This document shows, in pieces, positions 23,791-46,736 of a DNA stretch of 64,000 nt; position 1 is the first letter of the stretch, and each line of letters begins with the position of its first letter. The notes below the pieces were generated by a model. That model was not told the origin of the DNA, made no database searches, and saw nothing but the letters and a program-made list of their open reading frames with translations. Made by a program: the position numbers and the translations under genes. Source of the stretch: Bugula neritina (lineage: Eukaryota; Animalia; Bryozoa); the NCBI GenBank assembly GCA_964035545.1, contig OZ037768.1, positions 21,497,700-21,561,699 of the forward strand. Direction: 5' to 3'.

Positions 23791-25143
23791 AACGTGATTT
23801 ATATAAAAACTTGTTTGTAGCGTAATGTATGCGCAGTACTTAATGTGAATGGCAACGAAATTGAACTACTAACATACAACATGTACATTCATGGGTCAAG
23901 CCAATAACGGTGTCGGAACTCTGAACGAGTAGTTGCAACTGGACTCGCTTATGCAACATGCTATCTTTGGTTGCAGAGTTCGTAAATATTAAGTTGGCGC
24001 TTATTGCTAAATATCATTTATTTAATTATATTTATTCTACTTATAGTTATAGTTTAACTTTTTATATTACGGAATAATATAATATAATGATTGTATTATA
24101 ATGGTAACTATTATGTATTTGATATAATTTGCAACAATAGTTCTTATTGGTTTGAATAGGAAAGTCATCAATTTGGAAAAAGAGCCTTTGGCTTCTGGTT
24201 TCTAAATTTATTTTATTCTTAAATTTTACCTTTTGTTAATTTTTTTCATTTTCAGTTTGTAACTTTTTATCTTAATTTTCCAATCTGAATCCCTCTCAGT
24301 TTTACTTTGAGATTGATTAAATTTATTCACAATTAATATCAATAGCAATATTTATACTTATAGTGTTATTACCTAATAATAATGTTAATTCTCATTGTGA
24401 TTATTTAAATGTTTGCTTTTAATTTTTAATTTATCATTGTGATAGTCATAGTGATACTGATACTGATTGTCATTGTGATTGTTCATATCATAATGGTCAA
24501 CAGTAATGATAATCAGAATAATTTTATCATTATGATTGTTAATATTGTTATAATAACAATCGTCTATTGTTATAAAGCAGGGGCTATTATATTTATTGTA
24601 ATTTGAAGATTGTTTGGTAATTTTCATTTTGAAGTTAATTATTAGTTATTCATTATGTTTATTGTTATGGTCAGCTCTGTTCCGATAAATAGTGGGCAGA
24701 CGGTTTAGGTTTCTGGCTTCCAGTTTCTGTTTTTCAAGCGCTCTATTCAAGTAAATGGTCGTAGTTGCAGTTCCTATTCAAATTTCATTTAATGATTTAG
24801 GCCTACTCTTGTGAGTTCTATTCTTGCCATATTCATATTGATAGACTTCTAGACTGTAAATAAACCTGTGTATTCTACAATCTGATGTTTTATTTGCTTG
24901 GCAATAGTTTTTATTAAGATATATTTGTTACTTGTTCAGCAATTTTTCTATAACATCACTTGTGACTTTCTCTCAGGTGCCCACATTCTGATAAAGTAAA
25001 TTATTATTTGCAAATAAGCTAACCTTTTGCATAAAAGGTAATAACTCACATCTATAATTATGCATTGCTTTTTGAAAAGTAATAGAGAAGGGGCTCTATC
25101 AGAGATTTTTTTAATTGACAGAGTCGCATTTAAGGAGACTGAG
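23791..25143. promoter_or_regulatory. Probable divergent promoter region for MRPL57 and WARS2
   Basis: The two start codons point away from each other 1.35 kb apart. A possible non-coding WARS2 exon ends at a CAA|GTAAAT donor near 24750. The TSS is not determinable from sequence. Confidence 0.5.
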
Positions 25144-28100
25144 ATGCAGTTTTCTTGCACATGCCTTCGTACAATGAGATGTCAGCATACAGCTACATTA
25201 TATGGTATTCGCTCTAAGTTTCCTGTTAATGCGATCAAATGTCAGAAGGTTTACACAGGATCTTTGCCATTTTCAAACTCAGCTAGTAAATTATCATCAC
25301 CCTATAAGACTCTATTCAGGTAAATGATATATTTATTATATCTAGATTTTAACGTATTGATTTTACTTACATAAAAGATTAAAATTCAGCGATATGGTAA
25401 TTTTTTATTACTTTTTAAGCTCTAATTGGGAGTAATACTAAAAATTAGTATTGTCCATTTATGTTCTTGCTATAAGCCATATTGCTGACATGTGAATCAT
25501 GTTCGCTGACAAACTGTGCTTCAGCTTCTGCTGAAGTGTTAAACCTATTGCTTTAGTGGAATTCAGCCTACTGGAGTGCCACATCTAGGTAACTATCTAG
25601 GAGCCGTACACAACTGGGTTAAACTACAAGATCAGTACAGTCCGTGTATATTCTCCGTGGTTGACCTTCACTCGCTGACGAATCCCGCTGAACCTGAGAC
25701 TCGGAGAAGAGACATCCTAGATACAGGTAAGTGTTTCTATATTTTCTATATCTTAGTATTAATATTATGAAAATAATGCTGAGTTGGTGTTTAGTGTGGC
25801 CTTGGTATTGATAGTAGTATTTCAGAAGTTTTCAGTTTTGGTTTCGGGACATTGGCAATTAGGTGCAGTAGTGAAGAAACTTTAATTGCCCAAGCTTTTA
25901 ACTTCATGACTTTTGGTTTGGGGCGCTAGTTGAAATTTGTGTGAGAGCATAACTTCTTTCACTACATGTCTTATAATCTATAAGGGCTTTTCTCAATTTC
26001 TTCATTACTGGTGTGGTTACTTGGTGCCATTACTCGAATTAGCATTATTTCAAAAATTTATTGCTTTTAGTCACATGACCTTATATTACGCAGCGCTTCT
26101 TTTGGTTTTCAGTGAACTGTCTGAACTATGTGTTACTCTCTTTTATTGGTTGATGGCATGTGTTACTCTCTTTTATTGGTTGATGGCATGTGTTGCTCTC
26201 TTTTATTGGTTGATGGCATGTGTTGCTCTCTTTTATTGGTTGATGACACACTGTTTATCTAATTAGTTAACTTATTTTAAGACTGTCAACTTTCAAAATT
26301 AATTTTCAATGTTTGAAGTGTAATAGGCCGCAATAGGTTTTACTTTTTGTGGCGAGTTGTACTAGATTAGATGTGGTTGAAAATAAAACTATCTCTATGT
26401 TTTTATTACAGCCATCACTCTGTTAGCCTGTGGGATTGATCCCAGCCGTTCAATTCTGTACCAACAGTCACATGTGAAGGAGCATGCTGAACTCTGCTGG
26501 ATATTGACATGTTTAGTCACTGAGGCTAGACTCAAACAGGTGACTCAGGCTATACTAACACAGAACTGTATCTGCTGTTTGCCACTGCCCATTTTTACTC
26601 AAAAAATCTTAGAAAATTAAACTCTTTAGTGTAACATTCAGGTAGTAGTTGTACTGTTGTGTTAAAAGTGTTGGAGCACTAAACATAATTTATCCAAAAT
26701 TGTCTTTAAGAATGTCTTCACCACATACATTGCATGTTAATATTTAGTTATAGTATAACAGTGGCAATGAACTGATGTCTATTCATAGGCAAACAATAAA
26801 AAACTGACAAAGATTACTGTCCCATTTGTGTTTCAATTAGATAGCTGGAATAAAAAAATTTTTTTTTTAAAACATCTAAAATTCTAAAGTCGCTCTGGAG
26901 TTGTTTACTCTTGTTTCTGCAATTATCCTCAAGCAATATGATGTATAAGCTCTGTAGTGATGCATTGAATGATAATTAGTAATCAGCTAATAGTATTCAT
27001 ATTGAGTAGTAGCTTTCACAGTCCAGGCATATTTGAATAATGAAGAATAAAGAGATCTATTAGCCAAAAGTATATTAGAAGCTCCTGTTAAGAATTTCGA
27101 GCTTTTGTGTGTTAAAGACTAGAGCAGGGGTGTCCAACCTTTTTGGAACTAGGGCCACTGAAATGGAATGCGTTTTGGCGAGGGCCACATAGTAAAATTT
27201 AGCTTGGGCTGGGGGGCACAGCATCAGTATTTTTCAAATAACTTTATTCCAAATTTCTATAAATCATTACACAATGACATCCTAAAAATTACTGCAGGCT
27301 GTATGTTTTTGGCATGTATAAAAAAAACCTATGAAGTGTGGTTTTCCCACTCTAATTCATATACATATGTGCAAAATATTTTTGCACATATGTATATGAA
27401 TATTTAACCACCTGGACTAGATGGTTAAATATTCAGTGTGAAATTAAAAATTGTTGCTTACCATATCCTAAAAATATGCACATGTATATGTATAGTAGGT
27501 AAGCATGTCAATGTGTACTTCTACAGATTCCACAATGGAAAGAGAAAGCTAAGCAACAGAAAACATTTTCATTTGGTCTCATTTCCTACCCGGTACTAAT
27601 GGCTGCAGACATCTTGCTCTATCGAGCTGAGTACGTGCCAGTTGGAGAAGACCAGCTTCAGCACCTTGAGTTGTGTAGGTGTGTAGTTTATAGTACTTAC
27701 CTTTAGGTGTGTAATTTATAGTACTTACCTTTAGGTGTGTAGTTTATAGTACTTACCTTTAGGTGTGTAGTTTATAGTACTTACTTTTAGGTGTGTAGTT
27801 TATAGTACTTACCTTCAGGTGTGTAGCTTATAGTATTTACCTTCAGGTGTGTACTTTATAGATTTTACTTTTAGTTTTACAGTTTATAGTATTTGCTTTT
27901 AGTTTTACAGTTTATAGTATTTACTTTTAGTTTTACAGTTTATAGTATTTACCTTTAGGTGTATAGTTTATAGTATTTACTTTTAGTTTTACAGTTTATA
28001 GTATTTACTTTTAGTTTTACAGTTCATAGTATTTACCTTTAGGTGTGTAGCTTATAGTACTTACCTTTAGGTGTGTACTTTATAGATTTTACTTTTAGTT

Positions 28101-30964
28101 TTACAGTTTATAGTATTTGCTTTTAGTTTTACAGTTTATAGTATTTACCTTCAGGTGTGTAGCTTATAGTATTTACCTTCAGGTGTATAGTTTATAGTAT
28201 TTACTTTTAGTTTTACGGTTTATAGAAGTTAGTCCATGGTGCATGCTTATGGGTTTTAGTCGCAATGAAATATTGACCAGTTTACAGAATGTGACATTTG
28301 GCTTCAAAGAATATATTCTATTGGATGACATAAATTTGTTTTGTTGGAACATATAACATTGAAAAGTATGCAGCTGGAAACTGAAAATATTCAAATAGTA
28401 GAAATCAACCAACTGGATATATAGGAATTAGTTAGGACAATCGAAACTAGTGCAACCCTTGGCATTGAAAAAAGGTGGCCGAATCTTTTTTTCTAGGTTG
28501 AAGCAAGTGAAAACGTTTTTATTTTTCAGCGAAAATTTTTATCTTTTTTCAACCCAACTTTGTTACAGAGACTTGGCTTCTAACTTCAACACTAAATATG
28601 GCGTCGACTTCTTCCCGCAATGTGATTGGTTGTTGTCCAACGTACCTCGAATTCGGAGTCTTCGAAATCCAGAGGTGAAAATGAGCAAATCTGACTCGTC
28701 AAAGAAATCTCGTATCAACTTAGACGATGACTCTGAGACTATTAAACTGAGAATCCGACAGGCTGTCACAGATTGTACTGGGAGGGTAAGTGCGTGCCCG
28801 TATTGCATTAGGAACTCGCTTTAGGTTTGTATTGAAATGGTCAAAAAATAAGTTTGATGTAAGGTTGATATCTCTGGTCTCTCACGGCAGTTACTTGTAA
28901 AGCTAAATTTGCTCAAGCATTATCTTGAACAATTCTTCACCATTAAAGTTACCTCACGGTGTTCAGGGTTGGGTAGCCAATTCTAGTTAGACTTATACAA
29001 TTACTTACTTTATCTCTGATAGTGTATTTTATAAAGACCATTAATGTTCTTTCGCCAATGCTCAAGTTTTGATGCCCAATTCTAGTTATATCAATACAGT
29101 TTAATTTTTTTTTATACTCAGTTTTTATAAATCATAAATAACTTTTATTTGCTTTCATGATACCAACATCAATATGTTGAACTCAGAAATAACTCATATT
29201 TTGAGAAGCTTGTATTTAACTAATCTACATTTATTACCACATATGATGACGTATGAGTCATAGGCTATTGGCAGGTTATAAAATGTGTATCAAACTCTAA
29301 AATAACTCTTAGGTTGATAAATTTGCATATTATATTGAACTAAACTTGCATTTAGTGTAACTTATATTATCACATGTGACTCATATGCTATTTATGCATC
29401 ATAAAATCTTCTATTACGCAATCTATAAAATGCTATATACTCAATCTATAAAATATAAGATGTCCTACAACTGACTTGGGAGGAGAAGCTAAGTTCAATA
29501 CATGACATTTGATTAGACATGGTTATAATTAAATATATTCTAGGAAATGGATAAACTTTCTTTATAATTTCTTTTTCAAGCACATAGTTAAGATAATATT
29601 CATATACACCATCATCTGATGAAACTAAGTATAAAGAACAGATATGCCGGTATATTTGTGATATGGTATTACTCATAACACTATTTGCACTGTGTCCACC
29701 CCAGATGTCTGTCATAAGATTGTGCTGACAAGCAAATAGCTGTAATAAATGACTCCTTAGGAGTGTCTCAGTGCACAGTGTTGACTGCATCATATCTAGT
29801 CTAGAGGATATACTCATTGTTTGCATTATTTGTGATTTATTCATGTTGTTATCTTATATTCACTTTGTGTAAGTTATACTGAAAGTAATAAACAAATAAA
29901 GCATTACTCATCATGTTTCATCTTACATAGTTCTGTAAACCAAGTATAAGGTCACCCTTGAAGTAACTTGTAAAATTTGATTGTGTGTTATATTGGTTCC
30001 AATGACTGGTGAGGACCTTGACATTACAAGCACTGTAAAACCTTAGTTATAGATGATATTTTCATGTAGTGTAACATACACACATACAAGACATTCCCTA
30101 TTGTTTTTTTATATCAATTAATTTTAACAATGATATGAAAATTGTGGCCAGTTATGAATTCTTCACACAGGAAAATCTTGCAGTTGTAAATATTATAATC
30201 TAAATTGATTGTACATTCAATTTTTCATACGGCACATGGGCATTGCTGCGAATTGTGGCTTTTGTACAGACAACGCTTGTAGCTAACATCTATGCAGTCA
30301 TCGATGTCTTGTGAAGGTTTCAGGAAATAGGAGCTGCTACATTGTTTGTCAGCTTCATTAATACAATAATTAACTGCACATGCTCAGACAACCTACTGCA
30401 CTCATATAATAGCAGTTATCTTGGAGGTTTTTTTGCCGATGCTTTCAAACTTGCGACTTTAAACATTCAGACATACAAATTCAGATACTCAGACTCATAA
30501 CTTCAGACACTCTAACTTACAAATTCAGACACTCAGACACGACTTCAGACACTCAGACACAAATTCAGACACACAGACTCATAACCTTAAACATTTAGAC
30601 AGTCGCCCACATGGAATTATATAGACTTGTTACTGCGATGTATTTGTGTTTATGTCTACTCTTGTAGGTATTTTATTCTCCGGGTAGACCTGGAGTTTCT
30701 AACTTGATGGACATCCATTCTGCTCTCACTGGACACTCGGTACAAGAAATTGAGGAATTGTCGTCTAACATGGACACTGGACAGTATAAACTCCATCTAG
30801 CTGACATTGTAGCTCAAGCCTTAGAACCTATACATTCTAAAATCAATGAACTGAGGCAAAACAAGGATTACGTTGAACGTATCCTTGAAGACGGTAGACT
30901 GAAAGCTACTAGTATAGCTTGTGAAAATCTTGATAGGGTGAAAAATATTATTGGTCTGAAATAA
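25144..30964 (+). CDS. WARS2: Mitochondrial tryptophanyl-tRNA synthetase, about 379 aa, 6 coding exons
   Basis: Exons 25144-25319, 25557-25726, 26412-26539, 27527-27678, 28569-28785, 30668-30964. Motifs [12 protein letters not shown] (HIGH), [37 protein letters not shown]. The basic N-terminus resembles a transit peptide. Confidence 0.96.
26128..26245. repeat. 30 bp minisatellite, 4 copies, WARS2 intron 2
   Basis: Unit TGTGTT(A/G)CTCTCTTTTATTGGTTGATGGCA. Confidence 0.9.
27125..27414. mobile_element. Possible degenerate hAT (Charlie-like) non-autonomous element
   Basis: Left end CAGGGGTGTCCAACC resembles hAT termini. Flanking 8-mers GACTAGAG (27117-27124) and GACTAGAT (27415-27422) could be a TSD. 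The right TIR is reduced to CCTG. Confidence 0.4.
27679..28225. repeat. 27-28 bp minisatellite, about 20 copies, starting at the WARS2 exon 4 donor
   Basis: Unit GTGTGTAGTTTATAGTACTTACCTTTAG, with variant TTTTACAGTTTATAGTATTTACTTTTAG. Confidence 0.92.
30465..30602. repeat. Degenerate short tandem repeat (TCAGACAC-like) in the last WARS2 intron
   Basis: Repeated TTCAGACAC/CTCAGAC words. Confidence 0.7.
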
Positions 30965-31743
30965 AATATATGTCAACTGTAACACCTGCTCATAAACAGC
31001 AGCTGACTTGTTTTATTCTTGTGTTTTACGTCTCTAGTGAGTTGAGCTTCTATACAATAGTTACATACCTCTTGTATTGTGTACTATTGAAAGCTTGAAA
31101 GGGCTTATGCATTTTTAAGTTGTAAACCAGTTGTTGTAAGTGAATAGTGTATGCCTACTGCAGGTCTAGAGGGATTATCAGGTGTATTGATTCTCTCTCA
31201 TTGCTACTCATTTAGTTGTAAACTGTGTCATTTACTGAGCTAACCTGTAGTTGGTAAGTACCTTCCTTAGTGTCTCAGCAGTATATAATTAAAATAGTTT
31301 CCTAATATTTACTGACATGCATAATTATTATTCATACTTTGTTATGATGTTTACTAGAATGTGCGTGATTCTGATTAAATTGCAGTGAACATTGTAAAGT
31401 TTGTTGGCTGTACTTACATAAGTGAACAGATAAATATAGCTGCAATAATCTAGGAATTTTTCTGAGAGTTTGCTAGAGTTGTAAAGGAAAAGTTAGGGCA
31501 TCGATATATGGGAAATTCATCTTTTTCCAACTTGCAACAATTCACCTAATCTTTGAAAGTCTTAATTTCATACTTGGTGTCTAGTCAGGTGTATAAAAAG
31601 TGTGTAAAGAGCTTTTGCTTCTCATCTTTAAGTCGTTGCATAGTGTTTTCTTGTTGAAAATTTATAAAAATTACATATTTGAAACAACTGAAAGAGGGAT
31701 ACTGTTAGTCTAATATCTTAAGGATATTAACTCAGCACTCTAA

Positions 31744-31880
31744 GAGAAGCAGTAGCCTAGTGGTTAGAGCGCTGGTTTAGTTAACGCAGGGTTTGAACCC
31801 CAGTAAAGGCCATTAGTAGTGTTAGGAAGAGCATTCAGTCATAATAGCTCCTGTTTTGCATATAAATAAGTCATTAGCCC
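31744..31880 (+). mobile_element. tRNA-derived SINE, family B (degenerate copy)
   Basis: TAGCCTAGTGGTTAGAGCG...GGTTTGAACCCC...GGCCATTAGTAGTGTTAGGAAGAGCATTCAGTC. Confidence 0.7.
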
Positions 31881-32449
31881 AATTTAAAAACTTTTTCCAC
31901 CAATGGTTCTCATAGGGATAGCAGCTATACACTTCTGCAAGTTTTATCGCTTGAGACTATAGCACTGCTACATATTATATAGTAACATGTTCTCAAACTT
32001 CAGAAGATGAAACTTCCATTCAATCATATACAGTTGTTTCAACTTGTACACAGGTGGCTAGTTCTAGTATACAGTCTATACTACTCTTGCCCCTTGCTTC
32101 CAACATATATGACACCCTGTATGTTTATTGACACTTCCAATGTACACACATGTAGTAACACTCTACACGCTGTTATCTGTTCTCTTATCACATATGATAA
32201 TAGGAGTGTTGGCTCTTCCAACTATAAAACGAATACTAATATAAATAAAACGGGTCACTACCTTTTATAATATGACTACATCATGTGTACATAAGCACAA
32301 CTTATGTGTGCCTTAAGCAAGTTACAAGTTAGAGTACTTAATTAAACGTAGCAGCTGATTTGTGCTTAGCCTATGTCTTTGAGTAATACTGTAGTTCATA
32401 GTATGAAGGTGTGGGCACTATATGCATTAGATATTTTACCCTATATAAT

Positions 32450-32850
32450 ATGCACTGTATAGTATATGGTGTATACTAAATACTATACACTATATAGTGC
32501 ACAGTATATAGCGTATTGTATTTAGTATACACCATATACTATACACCATATTTACTATGTAGTATATAGTGTTTAGTATATAGTATATACTATACACTAT
32601 ATATATTATGTAGTATATAGTCTATATGTATAATACGGTATACACTAGATACTAAACATATGAACTATATACACTTTATCCTACATTATACACTATACGC
32701 ACTACAATATACTATACACTATAGTTTATATACTATATACTACGTTACACACTATATGCACTACAATATACTATACCCTATAGTTTATATACAATATACT
32801 ATGTTATACACTATACGCACTACAATATACTATACACTATAGTTTATACA
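32450..32850. repeat. TATAC/TATAG-rich low-complexity array with internal direct repeats
   Basis: CACTAT(A)CGCACTACAATATACTATACACTATAGTTTATA recurs three times at about 32690-32850. Confidence 0.8.
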
Positions 32851-34134
32851 CAATCACTTGGTAAGCTGATGAGTCATGCATTATGTCAAACAACACACAT
32901 ATACAATGCAATGGTATGTGGAATATTGTCAAGCATAGCCACACTCTTGTTATGTAAACCAGCCATGCAACACATTCTCAGAATATCTGTTAAGGGAACT
33001 TCCTGTGTCGCTATTATACTAGTTTATATAGCGTGCTGGCCAACTCACTGAATTAGGTATCAAATGTTTTATTAGCCAGGTTATTAAAAAAATTTATGAT
33101 TGTCTGCTTGAAAATATATGGGTTGCAATTTATATATGGGAATATGTTTTTGTGATATGCTTTTGAAACACATACAGTCTTTTTAGAATTATTTTTTGAA
33201 GCTATTTGGATATAGAATGTTTTAACAGCTATATGTAGGTGGGGTCAGTACTCAGAAGATCTTCCTGTCATTACTATGGTTCTGATCTCTTGCATGTTAA
33301 GTTCTTACTAATTGTCCAAACACGATTTGTTTCAACTACAAGCTGCCAGGCACTGGGGCTGCCAATACTGTATGGACATATTTCATATACTACTAGAAAC
33401 TTATAGAAAATTCCAGAAAATATTTTTTGATTGGGTCAAATTTTGCGAAGGTGCTTGAATATCTGTACAAAAAGCTGATACGTTATTTGAAGCTTCTTAT
33501 CAAAACTTTGTAAGCAGAATAGATTCACTACAAGCATAATTCACATAGTTTTAGAGATAAAAGTTACCAAGCTGTAGAAAACATGAGTTTGCAATGGTCT
33601 GACACTTGCATTTTTTGAGTTGATAGAAGGATAAGTGTATATTTTGTCAGTTACTATAAATCTAAAACATACTCCATACATTTCTGTGGCAACTAGCATT
33701 TCATCTAAAATAGTAATGCTCAGTGACTTTAAGTTTTATGCATCGTCTAGCTTTGTTTTTATAAATTAATAGCCAAGTACTACTCATTTTACTTTAAGAG
33801 ATCAAGTATTGTCTAGCAGGTAATTATGGTCGTATACTCTTGTATGGTTTATCAGTCCACGTATCGATTATGTTTGAACAAAAGACCAAAGCATACAACC
33901 TGTCTATTCATAGGCTTATTTGTCATAACTGCCATTATACATTCCTGATTTCTATTGGCTATTCAGCCATCCTTGAATGGTTTTAAACTAGCGTTGCACC
34001 TCCCAGTTTAAATATTAGTCATTAGTTTAAGTTGTCGTTGCCAAAGGTAAGGCGATAAACAGTTCTCGCGAAGCAATTTTACAACATTATTAGTGTAATC
34101 TGCCTTATCATTTACACATTGTTGGTCGTACAGG

Positions 34135-42302
<8,168 letters not shown>

Positions 42303-43692
42303 ACCTGTAAACCGTCCAGTTTCAAACATCAACATTATCTAACAACAGTGGCTTTAGCTATTGCCATTTCACATACTATCAGTATACAAATGTACAAGTA
42401 TAATTTCGCATGGCCGGGTACATGAAGAAAAAAAGTGAAGAACTCATTCATTTTAATCAAATGTCTGTTACGCTATCAACCAATCAATATTGTAGCATTT
42501 ATAATAAGTTACAGAAAGACAGATTTTATATTCCATGCGTACCATGTAGCTGTTTCTTCACATTTGAGTTACAAATGTAGATAATATTTTTGTATTTCAG
42601 TCAAATTTGTTGTAAGATAGTTTTTTATTACAAAAAGTTTGATTTGTAGCTATTGGTTTGAATTTTAATTATTTCACTTCATACTTTTGAATTTTTTTCT
42701 TTAGCTGTATATGAAATATGAATATTAGTATCACCCTTTCTGCTGATTCACTGCTGAATAGTCTGAAAACATTTCGATTTGTTACTTTTTTGCTATATAA
42801 ATGTTTTAGCTATTAAAAGAACATTTCCATTACTAGTATATAATACTGACTAGATAGTTAGTAACTAGTATTTCCAGGTTGTGAAGAATAAGTGTTTTTA
42901 TTTCTAAAACAATTATTATGCTCCTTCCTGTAGTAACCATGCATGTCCTACTTTTATCAAAGTGATGCTATTGATCAGTTTTTTTTGTAAACTGTGAATT
43001 GCTGGATACATGGTAGGCTGAGCAATGAATGCATGCAGAGAAGGATGTAGCCAATACTATTAATGTATATAGAAGCTATAAAGATTCCTCTTCTTTTACT
43101 TCACTGTTTTATATCTTTTTTGTAATAATCCTTACACATTCCACTCTTATGAATAAATAAATCTATTAATCATAATGATTTAAGTTGATGTGTAAATGGT
43201 GTGTGCAATCAATGTTGAAGTTTGCTCATTGCAAATAATCTGTTGAAATGTTGCAGAAGTTTATTTTTTAATAAACATACTGTTTGAGTATTAAGGCTGT
43301 GTGACCAAGTGTTGAAACTGGCAGTTTTCCTTCTGAAAATACTTCCCTATGTTTGAGATAAAATGATATGCCTTGAAATAAGACTAGATAATTTTAGATT
43401 ATGTTTAGGAAAGAGTTTAGAATAAAATATTTTGCAACTTTTATTGCAACAGAGTTGTATAGCATTTCGCTAGCAACTTGTTAGTTTATTATGAATTTTT
43501 CATTCCAAAGTGTATAGTGAACAAATTGTTTTAAAAGCACCCAAATGATGCTTACAAGGTTGTTAATCAGTCTTGTATATCAATTTATCCTTTAATTAAC
43601 AATTATAAAAAAAGACTTAGCACTAGTCAAATACGTTATATAATACCTTACTATATACCTTATCTTTTTAAACTCCACTGCAAGTCTTGAAA

Positions 43693-45152
<1,460 letters not shown>

Positions 45153-45576
45153 CAGAACAATCAAGGAATACTGGTCATGCAAATTATAGTAGGCTACAGT
45201 TTATTTGATAAGTAAAAATAACAATTTTCAAAATTGAAAAACCAAATTTTCGTTATAAGTAAGAGTTATCCAACCGTACCAGTGTAACGCGTTGCGCAAA
45301 TAAGCACTATGCAGGTAAATTATTTACATGAAACTTTCCAAACGTTAAAAACAAAAATATAAGCTTGTCGACACCACTATATCAACTAACTGGTTTAGGG
45401 CTTGGCTAAGCAGTAAGCTGAAAGTGAATGAAAATGAAAATGGTTAAATCTAACTACAAGAGCTGGAAGCACGATAAAATATTTAGGAAGAAAAAAAAAA
45501 CCATTTAGTATTTAGTCCTAAAATAAGCAAATCATTGTTTTACCAAATTTAGTCTCAACGTTTCACTTCATGACCA

Positions 45577-45708
45577 ATTCAAACTCTTGGTCTTTTTAAT
45601 TTTATCTTATAACTATAAATAAGTTATAAGTAATAAGATAAAATTAAAAAGACCAAGAGTTTGAATAAGAATAACTATAAGTTATAATCTAACTTATAGT
45701 TATTCTTA
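45577..45708. repeat. Two abutting perfect inverted repeats (34 bp and about 18 bp arms)
   Basis: 45577-45610 pairs with 45633-45666. AAGAATAACTATAAGTTA pairs with TAACTTATAGTTATTCTT immediately afterwards. Confidence 0.85.
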
Positions 45709-46094
45709 AAGTTAAGTTTACTAAATTAAGTTTAACTAAATAACTTTAAGTTTAAGAACACTTTTCTTTGGTCTTTCATTTTGACTTTCATCCAGATCAT
45801 CATAATCATAATCTGATAATGATATTCAATATATTTTTTATTAAACAGAAGATCTGTACTTGTAAAAATATGATTTATTTTATACTCGACTTACACTTGC
45901 AGTCAGTGACTTGCTATTTGTGCAAAATTTGAATCATAAGCTTAAGGGTTTAACATCGGATTTAGTTTTATTTTTTTCAATTACTCTTGAGTCTTTACTA
46001 TTACTGTTAGTGTCACAGAAATTATTTTAATTTTAGTATTTTATCATTAATATTAGTATTGCTATTATTAGTTAACTTATAAAGTGTTTAATTA

Positions 46095-46405
46095 CACTAA
46101 ACTCACCTCGTAGACGATAGAACACTCAATGTCACCGTTATGGTGCAAACGTGGAGCGCCTCTTTGGTCAGTGATAAATGTCAGTATGAGTCAGTATAGC
46201 AGCATATAGCTGTTTATTGTTGTGTGTTAGTTGGCCTTAGCTTCAGATCTCTCACACTGCGTGGGAGAAAACTGTTAAAATAGACCTTGCTCGCAGCATA
46301 GATACATGTTGGCTCACCTCTCTGTGCAGCTCGTGTATACATAGTGTACTTATTTTTATTTTTAGTCAGTTCATCATAAGCTGAGGCTAAGGTTTGATGT
46401 TTAGA
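46095..46405 (-). mobile_element. 5'-truncated LINE fragment (ORF2 C-terminus plus 3' UTR) related to the element in UBA5
   Basis: HQTLASAYDEL...TRAAQRGEP...YFNSFLPRSVRDLKL aligns with HPTLSAAYDDF...TRSQVAGFP...YLYSFLPRTIRDMRI at the end of ORF 17289-20060. Confidence 0.85.
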
Positions 46406-46736
46406 TTTAAAAGCTTTACTTTTAACTGGATTAAAAGATCCTAATAATTTTTTCATTTTTAAAATAAAATTTCAATTTGAGTTTAGTCAAATGTTGATTT
46501 AAGATTATTAAAATAGCAGAAATAAATTAACAATTTTTTTTCAAATGGTAGATTTCGAACTGATGCATGTTCTAAACTCAGTTTAGTTTTGTAAATCGGA
46601 TTTTACTTTTAGTAAGCATTTTTAAATAAAATTAAATTGCTACCTCTGATACTAATAGTACACATGTTATAATAATTATCATTGTTTCTGCATCTATTTT
46701 AGCAAACTTTCAAAGTGAAGAACATCTGAAATAAAA

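Noticed and set aside
25937-26266. Hydrophobic 109-aa ORF with repeated LFYWLMACV
   Set aside because: Produced by a 30 bp intronic minisatellite in WARS2.
27679-28225. CRISPR-like array
   Set aside because: The units are contiguous with no unique spacers, the context is a eukaryotic intron, and there are no cas genes.
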